NCBI GenBank assembly: GCA_035474235.1
Contig: DATINM010000051.1
Span: forward strand, 40,437-104,436
Length of the DNA: 64,000 nucleotides
Source: Pyrinomonadaceae bacterium
GTDB lineage: Bacteria > Acidobacteriota > Blastocatellia > Pyrinomonadales > Pyrinomonadaceae
Direction: 5' to 3'
The notes beneath the pieces were generated by a model that made no database searches, was not told the origin of the DNA, and was given only the letters and a program-made list of their open reading frames with translations. The position numbers and the translations under genes were made by a program. Positions within the stretch are counted from its first letter, which is position 1, and every line of letters begins with the position of its first letter. Below, one piece after another: positions 47,537 to 57,323 of the stretch.

Positions 47537-48469
47537 TCAGAGCCGCGTCGGAGAAAAAATTATTCGCTCGAACTCCGGCTCGGAGCGAAGTGCCGCCAGG
47601 TCTGCGTCCGTGTGTGCGCGCACTCGCAGCACGGGCTTGAGTTCGACGGCGCGTTCGAGCGATTGCAGCGCGGCCTCGACCGCGCCGAGCCGCGAGCGCG
47701 CGGCGGCGAGCGCGTAGAGAGTGTCTGGCGCGTCGGGGTCGCGTTTGAGAGCGCGCTCGAACAACTCCTGAGCCGAGACGAAATCTCCACGGTTCAATTC
47801 GATGACGCCTCGGTCGTAGAGCGAGTCAGGGTCGCGCGGGAGCGCCGACTCTGTCCGCAACCGAGATTCGGCGATGGTCAGATAAGTGCGCGCGCGCGCC
47901 GTCACCTCCGACACGCCCGCGTGCTGCTCGATGAGCGAGCGGAAGAGGTCGCGCGCGGTCGAGAAGTTGCCGCGGACGAACTCCTTGTGCGCGCGCTCGA
48001 AAGACTTGAGCGCGGCGGCCTCGTCGCGTGAAGGCTGCCGCGGCGCGGCGGGCGCGAGTCTCGGCGCGCCTCGATGCTGCGCGTCAACTTTCGATGCTTT
48101 CGTCGCTTGAGCTTTAGCCGGCTTCGCGGGAACCGACTTGCGAGGCTGAGGCTTGGCTATAGCCTTCTTTTTGACGGATGCGGCTTTGTCACGAGACGAC
48201 GCCTGCCCCTTGCCGCTCGCCTTTTTAGTTGCGTTGAGCTTCGCAGGTCGCTTTGCCTGTTTCGCCGACGGGCGCACGGCTTTCGCAGCGGAAGCGGACT
48301 TTGCGGGCGCGGCTTTTCGCACTGGCGACTTCTGCGTCACACGCTTGGGCTTGGGCTTTGCCGACTTGGCAGTCAGCTTGCGGCTTTTGGCGGCAGACTT
48401 TGGCGAGGTGCCACGCGGGGCAGGGCGGGAGGAACTTCTTTTTGCACCCTTGATGACTGGATCGCTCAT
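47537..48469 (-). CDS. Protein with a histone-H1-like Lys/Ala/Pro-rich N-terminal half and a TPR C-terminal half
   Basis: aa 1-165 consist of AKxxAKPKPK-type repeats. The C-terminus has TPR-like helices (..YDRGVIELNRGDFVSAQELFERALKRDPD..). The start was trimmed to the ATG at 48469. Confidence 0.6.
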   Translation of the reverse strand: MSDPVIKGAKRSSSRPAPRGTSPKSAAKSRKLTAKSAKPKPKRVTQKSPVRKAAPAKSASAAKAVRPSAKQAKRPAKLNATKKASGKGQASSRDKAASVKKKAIAKPQPRKSVPAKPAKAQATKASKVDAQHRGAPRLAPAAPRQPSRDEAAALKSFERAHKEFVRGNFSTARDLFRSLIEQHAGVSEVTARARTYLTIAESRLRTESALPRDPDSLYDRGVIELNRGDFVSAQELFERALKRDPDAPDTLYALAAARSRLGAVEAALQSLERAVELKPVLRVRAHTDADLAALRSEPEFERIIFSPTRL

Positions 48470-48823
48470 GCGAAGCACTCGCTTTTCACAGATCGCTTCC
48501 ACAAAAAGGGAAGCCAACGACCTCCAGCAGCTTAACACACGAGAGGGCATAAATCAACGTGCAAGTAGTATTTGCGGGAAATTACAGACGACGGAGAGTG
48601 TTAAAAAAACATAGACAATGAAAAACTGTTGAAGTCATCTTTGACCTTGTGTTAGAGTTCCTTTGGAGTAGAGAGGCTCAGAAGCGAGCCTCGATACGAG
48701 CACAGATTCGTCGAGTCAAATATCCTCAAATCTTCATTTAAGTTCTTCGACCGGTGCCTCGGAGATCAAGCCCCCGAAACTCACCCTCAGTTCATATCCT
48801 GCGAGAAAAGAGTCAGTGTACGC

Positions 48824-49306
48824 ATGACAGACACACCTATCATAATGCACGAGCAGCAATATCAGCAGCTCGGGCATATCCTGAGCAAGCTGCGTCTCGA
48901 ATCTTTTTCCCGCGTGGTCTTTCTCGTTGACAAGAACGGCCAGCAGATTGCCGCGCAGGGCGACATCGCAGACCTCGACACGACGAGTCTTGCGTCCCTT
49001 GCCGCAGGGAACGTCGCCGCCACAGGCGGGATGGCGCAACTCATCGGCGAGAAGGAGTTTCCCACGCTCTCGCACGAGGGCGAGCGCGAGAGCATACACA
49101 TCTGCATCATCGGTCGTGTGCTGCTCGTCGTGGTCTTCGACGACCGTTCGAGCCTCGGACTCGTCAAGCTGCGCGTCAAGCAGGCGTCGCGTGACCTCTC
49201 GATCCTATTCGCCGAGCTTGAGCGTCTAGCCGAAGAGCGCCGCGAGTCCGACGAGTCGCTCTTCGCCGAGATCACGGACGACGACATTGACAGCCTCTTC
49301 AATTAA
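48824..49306 (+). CDS. mglB: Roadblock/LC7-domain protein, MglB-like GTPase-activating partner
   Basis: VVFLVDKNGQQIAAQGD....TTSLASLAAGNVAATGGMAQLIG and IHICIIGRVLLVVVFD show the Roadblock/LC7 pattern. It lies immediately upstream of mglA. Confidence 0.75.
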   Translation: MTDTPIIMHEQQYQQLGHILSKLRLESFSRVVFLVDKNGQQIAAQGDIADLDTTSLASLAAGNVAATGGMAQLIGEKEFPTLSHEGERESIHICIIGRVLLVVVFDDRSSLGLVKLRVKQASRDLSILFAELERLAEERRESDESLFAEITDDDIDSLFN

Positions 49307-49412
49307 GTTTTGAGTCGAGGGATTAAGGTTCGGAGTCAGGACTGAAACCCTTTCACCGCCCGACTCCGGACTTCTGACCCGTGAACCCAGACCCTTCCGC
49401 CAAGTAAATACT

Positions 49413-49997
49413 ATGACTTTCATCAACTACGCTTCACGAGAGATCAACTGCAAGATCGTTTACTACGGGCCGGGACTGTGCGGCAAGACGACGAACCTGC
49501 AATACATCTACGACGCAACCGCGCCGACGGCGAAGGGCAAGCTCATCTCGTTGGCGACCGAGACCGACCGCACGCTCTTCTTCGACTTCATGCCGCTCGA
49601 ACTCGGCACGGTGCGCGGCTTCAAGACGCGCTTCCATCTCTACACCGTTCCGGGCCAAGTCTTCTACGACGCCTCTCGCAAGCTCATCCTGAAGGGCGTT
49701 GACGGCGTCGTCTTCGTCGCCGACAGTCAGGAAGAGCGCATGGACGCCAACATCGAGTCGCTCTACAATCTCGAAGAGAACCTTCAGGCGAACGGCTACG
49801 ATCTGTCAAAGATTCCATACGTCCTGCAACTGAACAAGCGCGACCTGCCGAACATCATCCCCGCCGAAGAGATGGTCTCCGAACTCAAGCGCAACGGCGA
49901 ACCCGTCCACGAGGCCGTCGCCGCGAACGGCGCGGGCGTCTTCGACACGCTCAAGTCCGTCGCCAAGCAGGTTCTGACCGAGCTACGACGTAGCTGA
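49413..49997 (+). CDS. mglA: Ras-like small GTPase MglA
   Basis: [33 protein letters not shown]...TVPGQVFY...LNKRDLP is a near-canonical MglA sequence. Confidence 0.9.
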   Translation: MTFINYASREINCKIVYYGPGLCGKTTNLQYIYDATAPTAKGKLISLATETDRTLFFDFMPLELGTVRGFKTRFHLYTVPGQVFYDASRKLILKGVDGVVFVADSQEERMDANIESLYNLEENLQANGYDLSKIPYVLQLNKRDLPNIIPAEEMVSELKRNGEPVHEAVAANGAGVFDTLKSVAKQVLTELRRS

Positions 49998-49998
49998 C

Positions 49999-50092
49999 GG
50001 AAAGGAAGGCGAAAGATAAAGACAAGGCGGCTCGGGCCTCGTCCTTGAAGGATGAGGCCCGAGCCGCCTTCCGTCTTAGCTTTTGCCTTTCC
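49999..50092. terminator. Hairpin with a stem of about 43 bp between convergent mglA and the GNAT gene (candidate bidirectional terminator; AAGG-rich repeat arms)
   Basis: GGAAAGGAAGGCGAAAGATAAAGACAAGGCGGCTCGGGCCTCGTCC / TTGAA / GGATGAGGCCCGAGCCGCCTTCCGTCTTAGCTTTTGCCTTTCC. It abuts both stop codons (49997 and 50093). Confidence 0.75.
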
Positions 50093-50683
50093 TCAGACCA
50101 GAGATTTAATCATCAGCAGTCCGTCGCCGCCGTTCGAGTAGTAGCGCGGAAGTCTCTGCGTGACGGCGAAGCCGCGCTTGATGTAAAGCTCCTGCGCGCC
50201 GGTGTTGACCGAGCGGACTTCGAGCCGGAGTATGCGAACGCGCCGTTTGCGAAACCCGTCTTCGACCTTGAGGAGCATACGCTGCGCGACGCCGCGCCTC
50301 CGGTGTTCGGGCGCGACGCCGAGCGTGGTGATGTGTCCGGTCGCGTCCGGCTCGACGATGCCGACGATGAATCCGACCATCGCGCCGTCCGCCGTCACGA
50401 CGCGGTACGAGACGGAGTCGGGCGACGTGAGAAGGTACTCGAAAGTCTCGCGGCTGTATGCTTCGCCGTCAACGAAGCAGCGCTGGTCGAGACGCCAGCA
50501 CTCGTCCAACTGCGCGACCGTGAGCGGGCGCACGTCGTAGCGCGTCTCCACGCCCGACGCCGCGCGCACGTCCCGCGCCTCTGCGTCCAACAGTGGGCCG
50601 CCATCCGCGACGCCGGACGAGAAAAGACGCGAGCGAATTTTTTTCAGCACGGCCATAAGGCTCAATAGCGGTGACGGGGACAA
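50093..50683 (-). CDS. GNAT-family N-acetyltransferase (RimI-like)
   Basis: HITTLGVAPEHRRRGVAQRML (acetyl-CoA Q/RxxGxG/A motif) and LEVRSVNTGAQELYIKRGF. Confidence 0.7.
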   Translation of the reverse strand: MSPSPLLSLMAVLKKIRSRLFSSGVADGGPLLDAEARDVRAASGVETRYDVRPLTVAQLDECWRLDQRCFVDGEAYSRETFEYLLTSPDSVSYRVVTADGAMVGFIVGIVEPDATGHITTLGVAPEHRRRGVAQRMLLKVEDGFRKRRVRILRLEVRSVNTGAQELYIKRGFAVTQRLPRYYSNGGDGLLMIKSLV

Positions 50684-50738
50684 GTGTCGAGTGACGGGCA
50701 GGATTTTATCTCGTCACTCGTCACTTGTCACTTGTCAC
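50671..50738. repeat. Hairpin of GTGACRR units in the queA-GNAT spacer
   Basis: GTGACGGGGACAAGTGTCGAGTGACGGGCA ... TCGTCACTCGTCACTTGTCACTTGTCAC. An imperfect stem. It overlaps the GNAT ORF-track start and the queA stop. Confidence 0.65.
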
Positions 50739-51793
50739 TTTATAAACATGCAGTCGCCGTAACTGTAAAAGCGGTAGCTCGCCCCGACGGCGTGACGGTA
50801 CGCCGCGAGCACGAGTTCGCGACCGGCGAAGGCGCTCACAAGCAAGAGCAGAGACGAGCGCGGCAGGTGGAAGTTCGTCAACATCGCGTCAACCATTCGG
50901 AACTCGTAGCCGGGCGTGATCGTCAGCGCTGCTTCATCGCGACCGGCGCGCACGCGCCCACGCCCGTCGGCTGCGGATTCGAGGGCGCGCACGGTCGTTG
51001 TCCCGACGGCGACGACTCGACCGCCGCGCTCGCGCGTCTTGTTAATCTCGCGCGCCGCCCCTTCGACGATCTCGAAAGACTCCGGCGCGACGCTGTGGCT
51101 GCTCAGGTCTTCTTCGCGCACGGGCGCGAACGTGCCGTAGCCGACGTGCAACGTGATTTCGACGACGCCGACACCGCGCGCGCGCAACTCGTCGAAGACC
51201 CGCGGCGTGAAGTGCAGCCCCGCGGTCGGAGCCGCAATCGCGCCGCGCTCGGCGGCGTAAACGGTCTGATATCTCTCCCGGTCTTCGGCGCGCGAGGCGA
51301 GGTCGTCACCCTCGCGCTTGATGTACGGCGGCAGAGGCATCCGCCCGAACTCTTCGACGAGCGCGTCGAAGTCGCCGTCCGCGTCGAAGCGGACGACGCG
51401 ACGCGTGCCGTCTTCGGTCGCGCAGAGAATTTCCGCGCGCAGCCGACCGTCGCCGAAGACAACGCGCGCGCCGGCATCGAGCCTTCGCGCGGGCCGCGCG
51501 AGCGCCTCCCAAACTTCGCCTTCAAAGTCCACGCGCCGCCGCACGAGCAGAAGCTCCACGCGCCCGCCCGTCGGCTCTCTTCGCCCGGCGAGTCGCGCCG
51601 GGAAGACGCGCGTGTTATTGACGACGAGCGTGTCGCCCTCGCGCAACTGCGAAGGGAACTCGGGGAAAGAGCCGTCGCGCCAACTTCCGTCCGCGCGGCT
51701 GACGACGAGCATTCGCGACGCGTCGCGACGCCCGAGCGGGTGCTGCGCGATCAACTCGACGGGAAGCTCGTAGTCGAAATCGGAAATCAGCAT
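50735..51793 (-). CDS. queA: S-adenosylmethionine:tRNA ribosyltransferase-isomerase
   Basis: MLISDFDYELPVELIAQHPL..RD.SRMLVV, PLPPYIKR, TAGLHFT, VGTT..R.LES. The start was trimmed to the ATG at 51793. Confidence 0.95.
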   Translation of the reverse strand: MLISDFDYELPVELIAQHPLGRRDASRMLVVSRADGSWRDGSFPEFPSQLREGDTLVVNNTRVFPARLAGRREPTGGRVELLLVRRRVDFEGEVWEALARPARRLDAGARVVFGDGRLRAEILCATEDGTRRVVRFDADGDFDALVEEFGRMPLPPYIKREGDDLASRAEDRERYQTVYAAERGAIAAPTAGLHFTPRVFDELRARGVGVVEITLHVGYGTFAPVREEDLSSHSVAPESFEIVEGAAREINKTRERGGRVVAVGTTTVRALESAADGRGRVRAGRDEAALTITPGYEFRMVDAMLTNFHLPRSSLLLLVSAFAGRELVLAAYRHAVGASYRFYSYGDCMFIK

Positions 51794-51799
51794 GATAAA

Positions 51800-51872
51800 T
51801 GATGAATGCGGAGTGATGGATGATGAATTATAAAAGCAGACCGGCTTCACATTCATCACTCCGCATTCATCA
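51800..51872. repeat. Hairpin (GATGAATGCGGAGTGATG units) filling the yihY-queA spacer
   Basis: Left arm TGATGAATGCGGAGTGATGGATGATGAAT. The reverse complement of the right arm is TGATGAATGCGGAGTGATGAAT. The left arm has an extra GATGAT-type unit. Confidence 0.85.
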
Positions 51873-51876
51873 ATTT

Positions 51877-52815
51877 TTACGACGGTGATGCCGGAGTCTC
51901 TGCCGCGAGTTCAGCGCCCGCGTGCTCCTGGTGCAGGACGACCGAGAGTTGCGCGCCGAACATGAGTATGAGGCTTGAGACGTAGCTCCATGTGAGCACG
52001 GCGACGACCGCGCCGACCGAGCCGTAAATCTCGTCGTAGTGGAAGTATTGCAGGCTCGAAGCGAAGACGTACTTGCCCGCCTCCCACAGCAAACCGGCGA
52101 GTATCGCGCTCGGCAGCGTGTCCCTGAACGTCACGCGACCGTTCGGCACGAAGCGATAGACGACGGCGAAGAGCGCAATGGTTACGAGCGCGCCCGCGAC
52201 CGCGATGAGCGACTGCCAGAACGCGTTGTTCATCATCGTCATCCAAGGCGTTCGCCGCACGACCCGAATCGGCAGTTGGTCAATCAACTCCTGAAGGCCG
52301 ACGAGCACCGACGTGAGGAAGACGGAGATCATCAGAAGCACGCCGACCGCGCCGATCATTCCGAGCGTGAGTGCTCGACCGTGAAGGAACGCGCGCGGGC
52401 GCGTGCCCCAGATGCGATTCAAAGCGCGCTCGATGACGGCGAAGACCCATGAGCCTGCCCAGAGCGTGACGATGGTCGCGCTCGCGAGTCCGCCCCAGCC
52501 AACGTCTTTGAGCGAACGCACCGTCGCGCGCAGGAACTCGCGCGAGCCGGGATAGACTTCGACGATGTGCGACAGTGCTTCGTTCCCTGCGGCGAAGCGG
52601 TTGCTGATGACGAGCATGACGAGGAGCGCCGGAAAGAGCGTGAGCAGCCCGAAGTAGCTCATCGCTGCGGCGGGTGTGAACAGGTCGTTCTCGTGGAACT
52701 GGTGTACGGTGTGCCCTATGATGGCCCGCCAAGGCGCGAGATTCTTCACGCCCCAGCGCCGCCGCGAGAAGAAGGGAATGTGTCTTCTGACGTTCTCCAT
52801 CAGCCAACTCCGCAA
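51877..52815 (-). CDS. YihY/BrkB-family membrane protein
   Basis: AAAMSYFGLLTLFPALLV, six TM helices, YGS.GAVVAVLTWSY..S are typical of YihY. Confidence 0.8.
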   Translation of the reverse strand: MRSWLMENVRRHIPFFSRRRWGVKNLAPWRAIIGHTVHQFHENDLFTPAAAMSYFGLLTLFPALLVMLVISNRFAAGNEALSHIVEVYPGSREFLRATVRSLKDVGWGGLASATIVTLWAGSWVFAVIERALNRIWGTRPRAFLHGRALTLGMIGAVGVLLMISVFLTSVLVGLQELIDQLPIRVVRRTPWMTMMNNAFWQSLIAVAGALVTIALFAVVYRFVPNGRVTFRDTLPSAILAGLLWEAGKYVFASSLQYFHYDEIYGSVGAVVAVLTWSYVSSLILMFGAQLSVVLHQEHAGAELAAETPASPS

Positions 52816-52862
52816 CCGTTACACGCGCAATTGTCCGTCATTTTCCGCCGCGCCGCAAAACC

Positions 52863-54881
52863 TCAGCGCGTGGTCGCGGCAGTCGTGCCGGGACTTTTCC
52901 TGAGCGCCGCCCTCGCCGCGGCCAGCAGCGCGGCGGCCCGCACCTCTTCGTCTTTGAAATTGCGCGCCTCAGCGAACGTCCGCGCCGCGTCGAGCTTTGC
53001 CGCAGCCGCGAACACGTCCGGCAACTTCGTAGGGGCGTCCGGGATGTCGAGGGCGTAAGGTATTTTGTCTTCCGGACTGAGGATGAACTCGAAGAACAGC
53101 GCGTCGAAACGCAGGTCGTCCGACTCGTTTGCCGCGCCGACGAGCATTGGTAAAAACTCCCATAGGCGAGTGGCGTCGGCTCGCGCCGCCGAGAGGGCTA
53201 CGAGCGAGAGTGCGGTCGCGCGCTCTGTTCCGCGCTCGGCCTGCGCGGCGTAGCCCGTCGCCTCCGTTAGCAGTTCGCCCGCGCGCGCGCGTTTGCCGCC
53301 GCGCGATGCGAGTTCGGCGGCCTGAGCAAGCCCGACCGCGCGCACTTCGGGCGGCACGTCCGCGGCGCGCACGAGGTCAGCCGCGCGCTCGAAGGCATCG
53401 CCCTCGTCCGACTCGAAAGAGTGCGAGATGTCCATAACCTGCCGGATCGCGATGCCGAGACGCGCGCCGCGCCGCACCTCCGCGTCCTCGATCTCGGCGG
53501 CGATGTTGCGCGCGCGATCCCAGAGCCTTCCGTGTGCCGCACTCATCACAACATAGAGCCGCGCTGAGTCGCGCTCGACCGTGTTTTGCGCGCGAGATAT
53601 TTCGTCCATCCCGCCGGCGAGCGGGTCAGCCGGGTTTTTGGGCGACAGGCTGTTCACGTCCATCCTTGACGTGAGTGAGTCGCGAAGGCCGGGGGCGAGT
53701 TCCGAGGCGAGCGCCGCCATTCGCGCGTTCAAGGCGGGCGCGTACTGCGGAGCGTCGCGCTCGAAGAAGGGGAGAAGGTGGCCGGCGGCGTAGTAGCGGG
53801 CTGCCGTCTCCTCGTCCTGTCCTCCGTCGGCGCTTGGAACGGGCGGGCGCAGCAGCACGGAGGCCGCCGCCTCGAAGAATGCGCCGCGCACCTGTGCGGA
53901 GATTGGCGCAAGCTTTTCCTCGTCGCCGATGCGACCTATGAAAGCGAAATTTGTCGAGCCGTCGCCCCTGACGTATGTGTAAAGGCTTGGCGAGACGATG
54001 GGCGAAGCGAGAAGCAGGATGTCGTTTGCGTCCGTGCCCGCGTCCGCGCGTGTCGCTTCGATGAGATGCAGGTAGAGCGCGTCGGCGGTGTGCGCGTCTT
54101 GCGCGCGTAGGCTGTTGATGAAAGCGAGAAGCATCTGCGTCGGCCCTTCGGCGACTACAGGCGCGGCCATCTCGGCGGCGCTCTTGAAATCTCCTTCGGC
54201 GAGCAGTTGGTCGGCGACGGCGAGGCGCTGGAAACCTGCGGGACTCAGGCTGCGCTCCTTGTGTGGCGGCGATTCTTCGTTGTCAGTCTGCCCGTCTTGT
54301 TTTGTCGAATCCTGTTCGCCGCCCTGCGACGTAGCCGATTGTTTGTCGGAGTCACGCACCAGATCGCGGACGAATGTGTCGGCGAGGCGCGAGTCGTGTT
54401 TCGCGGCTGCCTTGATGATGAAGTGGCGCGCGGCCGTCAGCACTTCCTGCGCAGCTTCTTTCGGATCGCTGGTGCTTTCCAGACCGGGAATCTTATTTTC
54501 AACCCCCGGAGCGGTCGCTGACTCCCACGCGCGGCGAAGGATTGCGCGCGCCGCCTGCTCGTCGTAGGGCCAGAGCGCGTCGGCGGCTTCCGACTGAACG
54601 AACGCAACCTCGTAGATGTCGTCGAAAGAGCGCGCCGCGTCCGCCACTTCGCGCAACGCTGCGACCGCATCGCGCACGTCTCGCGCTTTGCGCGCCGCAT
54701 CCGCGTCCGTTTTTCTTTTCGCTCCCTGTTTTGTTTGTGTGGTGTGCTTCGTGCCTGGCTGTGGACGCGGCGATGCGGAGTCACTTCCTTTGGGCGACTG
54801 CGCGCGAGCGACATTTAAGGAGATGCACGCAAGAAGCGCGACGGAGAAGAGTCTGAATGTGTGAGGCCGACGGAGTTTCAT
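52863..54881 (-). CDS. Secreted Ala-rich alpha-helical hypothetical protein
   Basis: Signal peptide (FRLFSVALLACISLNVARAQ). 672 aa with ordinary composition and no recognised motif. Confidence 0.55.
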   Translation of the reverse strand: MKLRRPHTFRLFSVALLACISLNVARAQSPKGSDSASPRPQPGTKHTTQTKQGAKRKTDADAARKARDVRDAVAALREVADAARSFDDIYEVAFVQSEAADALWPYDEQAARAILRRAWESATAPGVENKIPGLESTSDPKEAAQEVLTAARHFIIKAAAKHDSRLADTFVRDLVRDSDKQSATSQGGEQDSTKQDGQTDNEESPPHKERSLSPAGFQRLAVADQLLAEGDFKSAAEMAAPVVAEGPTQMLLAFINSLRAQDAHTADALYLHLIEATRADAGTDANDILLLASPIVSPSLYTYVRGDGSTNFAFIGRIGDEEKLAPISAQVRGAFFEAAASVLLRPPVPSADGGQDEETAARYYAAGHLLPFFERDAPQYAPALNARMAALASELAPGLRDSLTSRMDVNSLSPKNPADPLAGGMDEISRAQNTVERDSARLYVVMSAAHGRLWDRARNIAAEIEDAEVRRGARLGIAIRQVMDISHSFESDEGDAFERAADLVRAADVPPEVRAVGLAQAAELASRGGKRARAGELLTEATGYAAQAERGTERATALSLVALSAARADATRLWEFLPMLVGAANESDDLRFDALFFEFILSPEDKIPYALDIPDAPTKLPDVFAAAAKLDAARTFAEARNFKDEEVRAAALLAAARAALRKSPGTTAATTR

Positions 54882-54919
54882 TGCTCAAGACCTCCGAGGA
54901 AAATTATTCAGTAAAAAGA

Positions 54920-55966
54920 TTATTCCGAGTCGAAGAGTCCGGGGCGTTGAGTTTGTTGTTGCGGGGGCGCGATGCCGAAGTGCTCGTAGGCGAGGCGCGT
55001 GGCGGTGCGGCCTCGCGGCGTGCGGTTGAGGAAGCCGATCTGAATCAGATATGGCTCGATGATCTCCTCGATTGAGTCCTTCTCTTCTTGCAGCGCGGCG
55101 CTCATGTGGTTGAGGCCGACGGGGCCGCCCATGTGCTGCTGAATAATCATCAGCAGCATTTTTCTGTCCATCTCGTCGAGGCCGAAGGTGTCAACCTCCA
55201 TCCGGTTCAAGGCGTCGTCGGCGACCTCTTTTGTGATGCGACCGTCGTGCTCGACCTCTGCGTAGTCGCGCACGCGCCGGAGCAGGCGGTTCGCTATTCG
55301 CGGTGTGCCGCGTGCGCGGCGGGCAATCTCGCGCGCGCCGCCGTCGTCGATCTCCGTGTCGAGTATGTCGGCGGAGCGTCGGACAATCGTTGCGAGTTCG
55401 TCGTGCGTGTAGAAGTTGAGGTGAAAAGTTATCCCGAAGCGACCGCGCAAAGGTGCTGTGATGAGTCCCGGTCGCGTCGTCGCACCGACCAGAGTGAACT
55501 TCGGGAGGTCGAGTTTTATCGAGCGCGCGGCGGTGCCTTGCCCGATCATTATGTCGAGTTGGTAGTCCTCCATCGCCGGGTAGAGGACTTCCTCAATCGC
55601 GGGGGCCATCCGGTGAATCTCGTCGATGAAGAGTACGTCGCCTTCCTGAAGGTTCGTGAGTATGGCCGCGAGGTCGCCGGGCTTTTCGATGACGGGGCCG
55701 GCGGTCGAGCGAAGCTCCGCGTCCATCTCGTTGGCGATGATGACGGACAGTGTGGTCTTGCCGAGTCCGGGCGGGCCTGTAAGTAAAACGTGGTCGAGCG
55801 CCTCGTGCCGCTTGCGCGCGGCGCGTATGAAGATGCCGAGGTTCTCGGTCGCCTTCCGCTGGCCGATGTACTCCGCGAGACGAGTCGGCCTGAGCGAAAG
55901 CTCGAACTGCCGCTCGTCTTCCGTCGGCTTCGACTCGCGCACGCTTACGGGATCGGGGTCAGACAT
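54920..55966 (-). CDS. ruvB: Holliday junction branch migration helicase RuvB
   Basis: [50 protein letters not shown]. The start was trimmed to the ATG at 55966. Confidence 0.97.
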   Translation of the reverse strand: MSDPDPVSVRESKPTEDERQFELSLRPTRLAEYIGQRKATENLGIFIRAARKRHEALDHVLLTGPPGLGKTTLSVIIANEMDAELRSTAGPVIEKPGDLAAILTNLQEGDVLFIDEIHRMAPAIEEVLYPAMEDYQLDIMIGQGTAARSIKLDLPKFTLVGATTRPGLITAPLRGRFGITFHLNFYTHDELATIVRRSADILDTEIDDGGAREIARRARGTPRIANRLLRRVRDYAEVEHDGRITKEVADDALNRMEVDTFGLDEMDRKMLLMIIQQHMGGPVGLNHMSAALQEEKDSIEEIIEPYLIQIGFLNRTPRGRTATRLAYEHFGIAPPQQQTQRPGLFDSE

Positions 55967-55973
55967 AAAAGCC

Positions 55974-56070
55974 TGTGAATGGTGAATGGTGAATGGTAAA
56001 TGGTGAATGATGAATGGTGGCGTGACCGGCGCGGTTATCAATTCGCCATTTACCACTTACTATTTACCAG
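55974..56070. repeat. Hairpin of GGTGAAT units filling the ruvA-ruvB spacer
   Basis: TGTGAATGGTGAATGGTGAATGGTAAATGGTGAATGATGAATGGTGG ... CGCCATTTACCACTTACTATTTACCAG. The left arm is about 20 nt longer than the right. Confidence 0.7.
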
Positions 56071-56073
56071 CCT

Positions 56074-56697
56074 TCATCCTTTCGAGAGTTGCCGCAAAGA
56101 GCGTCGCAGGAGCGTCTCGACGGAGAGTTCGCCGCCCTCGCTCATTGCCTGCGCGACGGTCTTCTCTGCTGCCGGACGCGGGAAGCCGAGTTGCAGGAGC
56201 GCCGCAAGCGTGTCCTCGCGCAGAGAGTCTTCCGACTGTCGCGCCCCTGCGGCGACGCCCGCCGCTATCTCTTCGTCGAGAGCGGGCGAACTGAGCGCGG
56301 CCATCTTGTCGCGCAGTTCGATGACGAGCCGCTCGGCGGTCTTGCGCCCGACGCCGGGGATCGAGGTCAGGCGCGCGTAGTTGTTCGTTCGGATCGCCAT
56401 GATGATCTCGTCGGCGCTCATGCCCGATAGCATCGCGACGGCTGACTTGGGGCCGATGCCGCTCACCGAGATCAGAAGCGTGAAGAGTTCGCGCTCGCGC
56501 TCGGTTCGGAAGCCGAAGAGTTGGAGCGCGTCCTCGCGGACGTGCGTGTAGATTCTGAGCTTGACGGGCGCGCCCGCGTCGCCTAGATCGTAGAACGTCG
56601 TGACGGGTATCGTCACTTCGTAGCCGACGCCTCCAACGTCAACGATGACGCTCGTCGCGTGCTTCGCCAGAAGAGTCCCTGATATGTGTGCGATCAT
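56074..56697 (-). CDS. ruvA: Holliday junction DNA-binding protein RuvA
   Basis: MIAHISGTLL......VIVDVGGVGYEV, LISVSGIGPKSA.AMLS, L..IPGVGRKTAERL. Confidence 0.95.
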   Translation of the reverse strand: MIAHISGTLLAKHATSVIVDVGGVGYEVTIPVTTFYDLGDAGAPVKLRIYTHVREDALQLFGFRTERERELFTLLISVSGIGPKSAVAMLSGMSADEIIMAIRTNNYARLTSIPGVGRKTAERLVIELRDKMAALSSPALDEEIAAGVAAGARQSEDSLREDTLAALLQLGFPRPAAEKTVAQAMSEGGELSVETLLRRSLRQLSKG

Positions 56698-56814
56698 CTA
56701 AATTGCTTTGACGGGAGAAGAGATTTCGAGAGCGCCTCACGTACTCGTCGGATTTTAGATGAAGGCAGAGGGTTCGGCAAACGTGCGTCGGTCGCGCGTG
56801 TTGGGAAAGATGAG

Positions 56815-57177
56815 TTACCGGGCGTGTTCGGATTCGAGCTTGTCCATGCGGCCTTCGAGTCGGTTCTGGTCTGCGCGAAGCGTGAGCATGTCGAGGCCAA
56901 GCACGTTCAGCTTACGAGCCATCGTGTCAACCTTCTCGCCGACAGCCATAATCTCTGCAAGCGCGCGTTCCCAAATCGGCTTCGTTTCCATTGCCCTTCG
57001 TTGCGCATCGTCCTCAAGTTTTTGAACGCGCGCGTCTAAGTCGTGAAGCTTCGACTCGACGGCTTCGAGCCGCTTCTCCATTCTGTCGAAGCGCGCATCC
57101 AGTGCGTCGAAGCGTGCGAACACGCGCTCCTCGAAGGAGCGTTCGTCGTTGAGGTCTTTGGTTTTCTCTTCGCCCAT
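56815..57177 (-). CDS. Coiled-coil hypothetical protein
   Basis: 120 aa with heptad-like repeats (RFDALDARFDRMEKRLEAVESKLHDLDARVQKLEDD). Confidence 0.5.
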   Translation of the reverse strand: MGEEKTKDLNDERSFEERVFARFDALDARFDRMEKRLEAVESKLHDLDARVQKLEDDAQRRAMETKPIWERALAEIMAVGEKVDTMARKLNVLGLDMLTLRADQNRLEGRMDKLESEHAR

Positions 57178-57323
57178 AGCGTGATTATGAACCTCGATGC
57201 AATTCTGTTCAAGAGTTGTGCGGGAATCTCAGGCCGCAGCGAGTCTCGGACTCACGCGTCTTTTCTACGCAGCCTCGCGCGCGTTATACTTGGGCCGGTC
57301 TTCCCGGAGAGCAGGGCATTCGG

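Noticed and set aside
49311-49400. A full hairpin-family member between mglB and mglA.
   Set aside because: Only a stem of about 10-13 bp (GTTCGGAGTC / GACTCCGGAC) is supported, and the flanks do not pair. It is mentioned under the family finding as a weak relative but is not annotated as a feature.
57180-57323. A Rex operator (TTGTGAA-N6-TTCACAA type) upstream of rex or elsewhere in the window.
   Set aside because: I could not find a palindromic TGTGAA/TTCACA pair. The only TGTGAA near a gene start (55974) is part of the GGTGAAT repeat hairpin.
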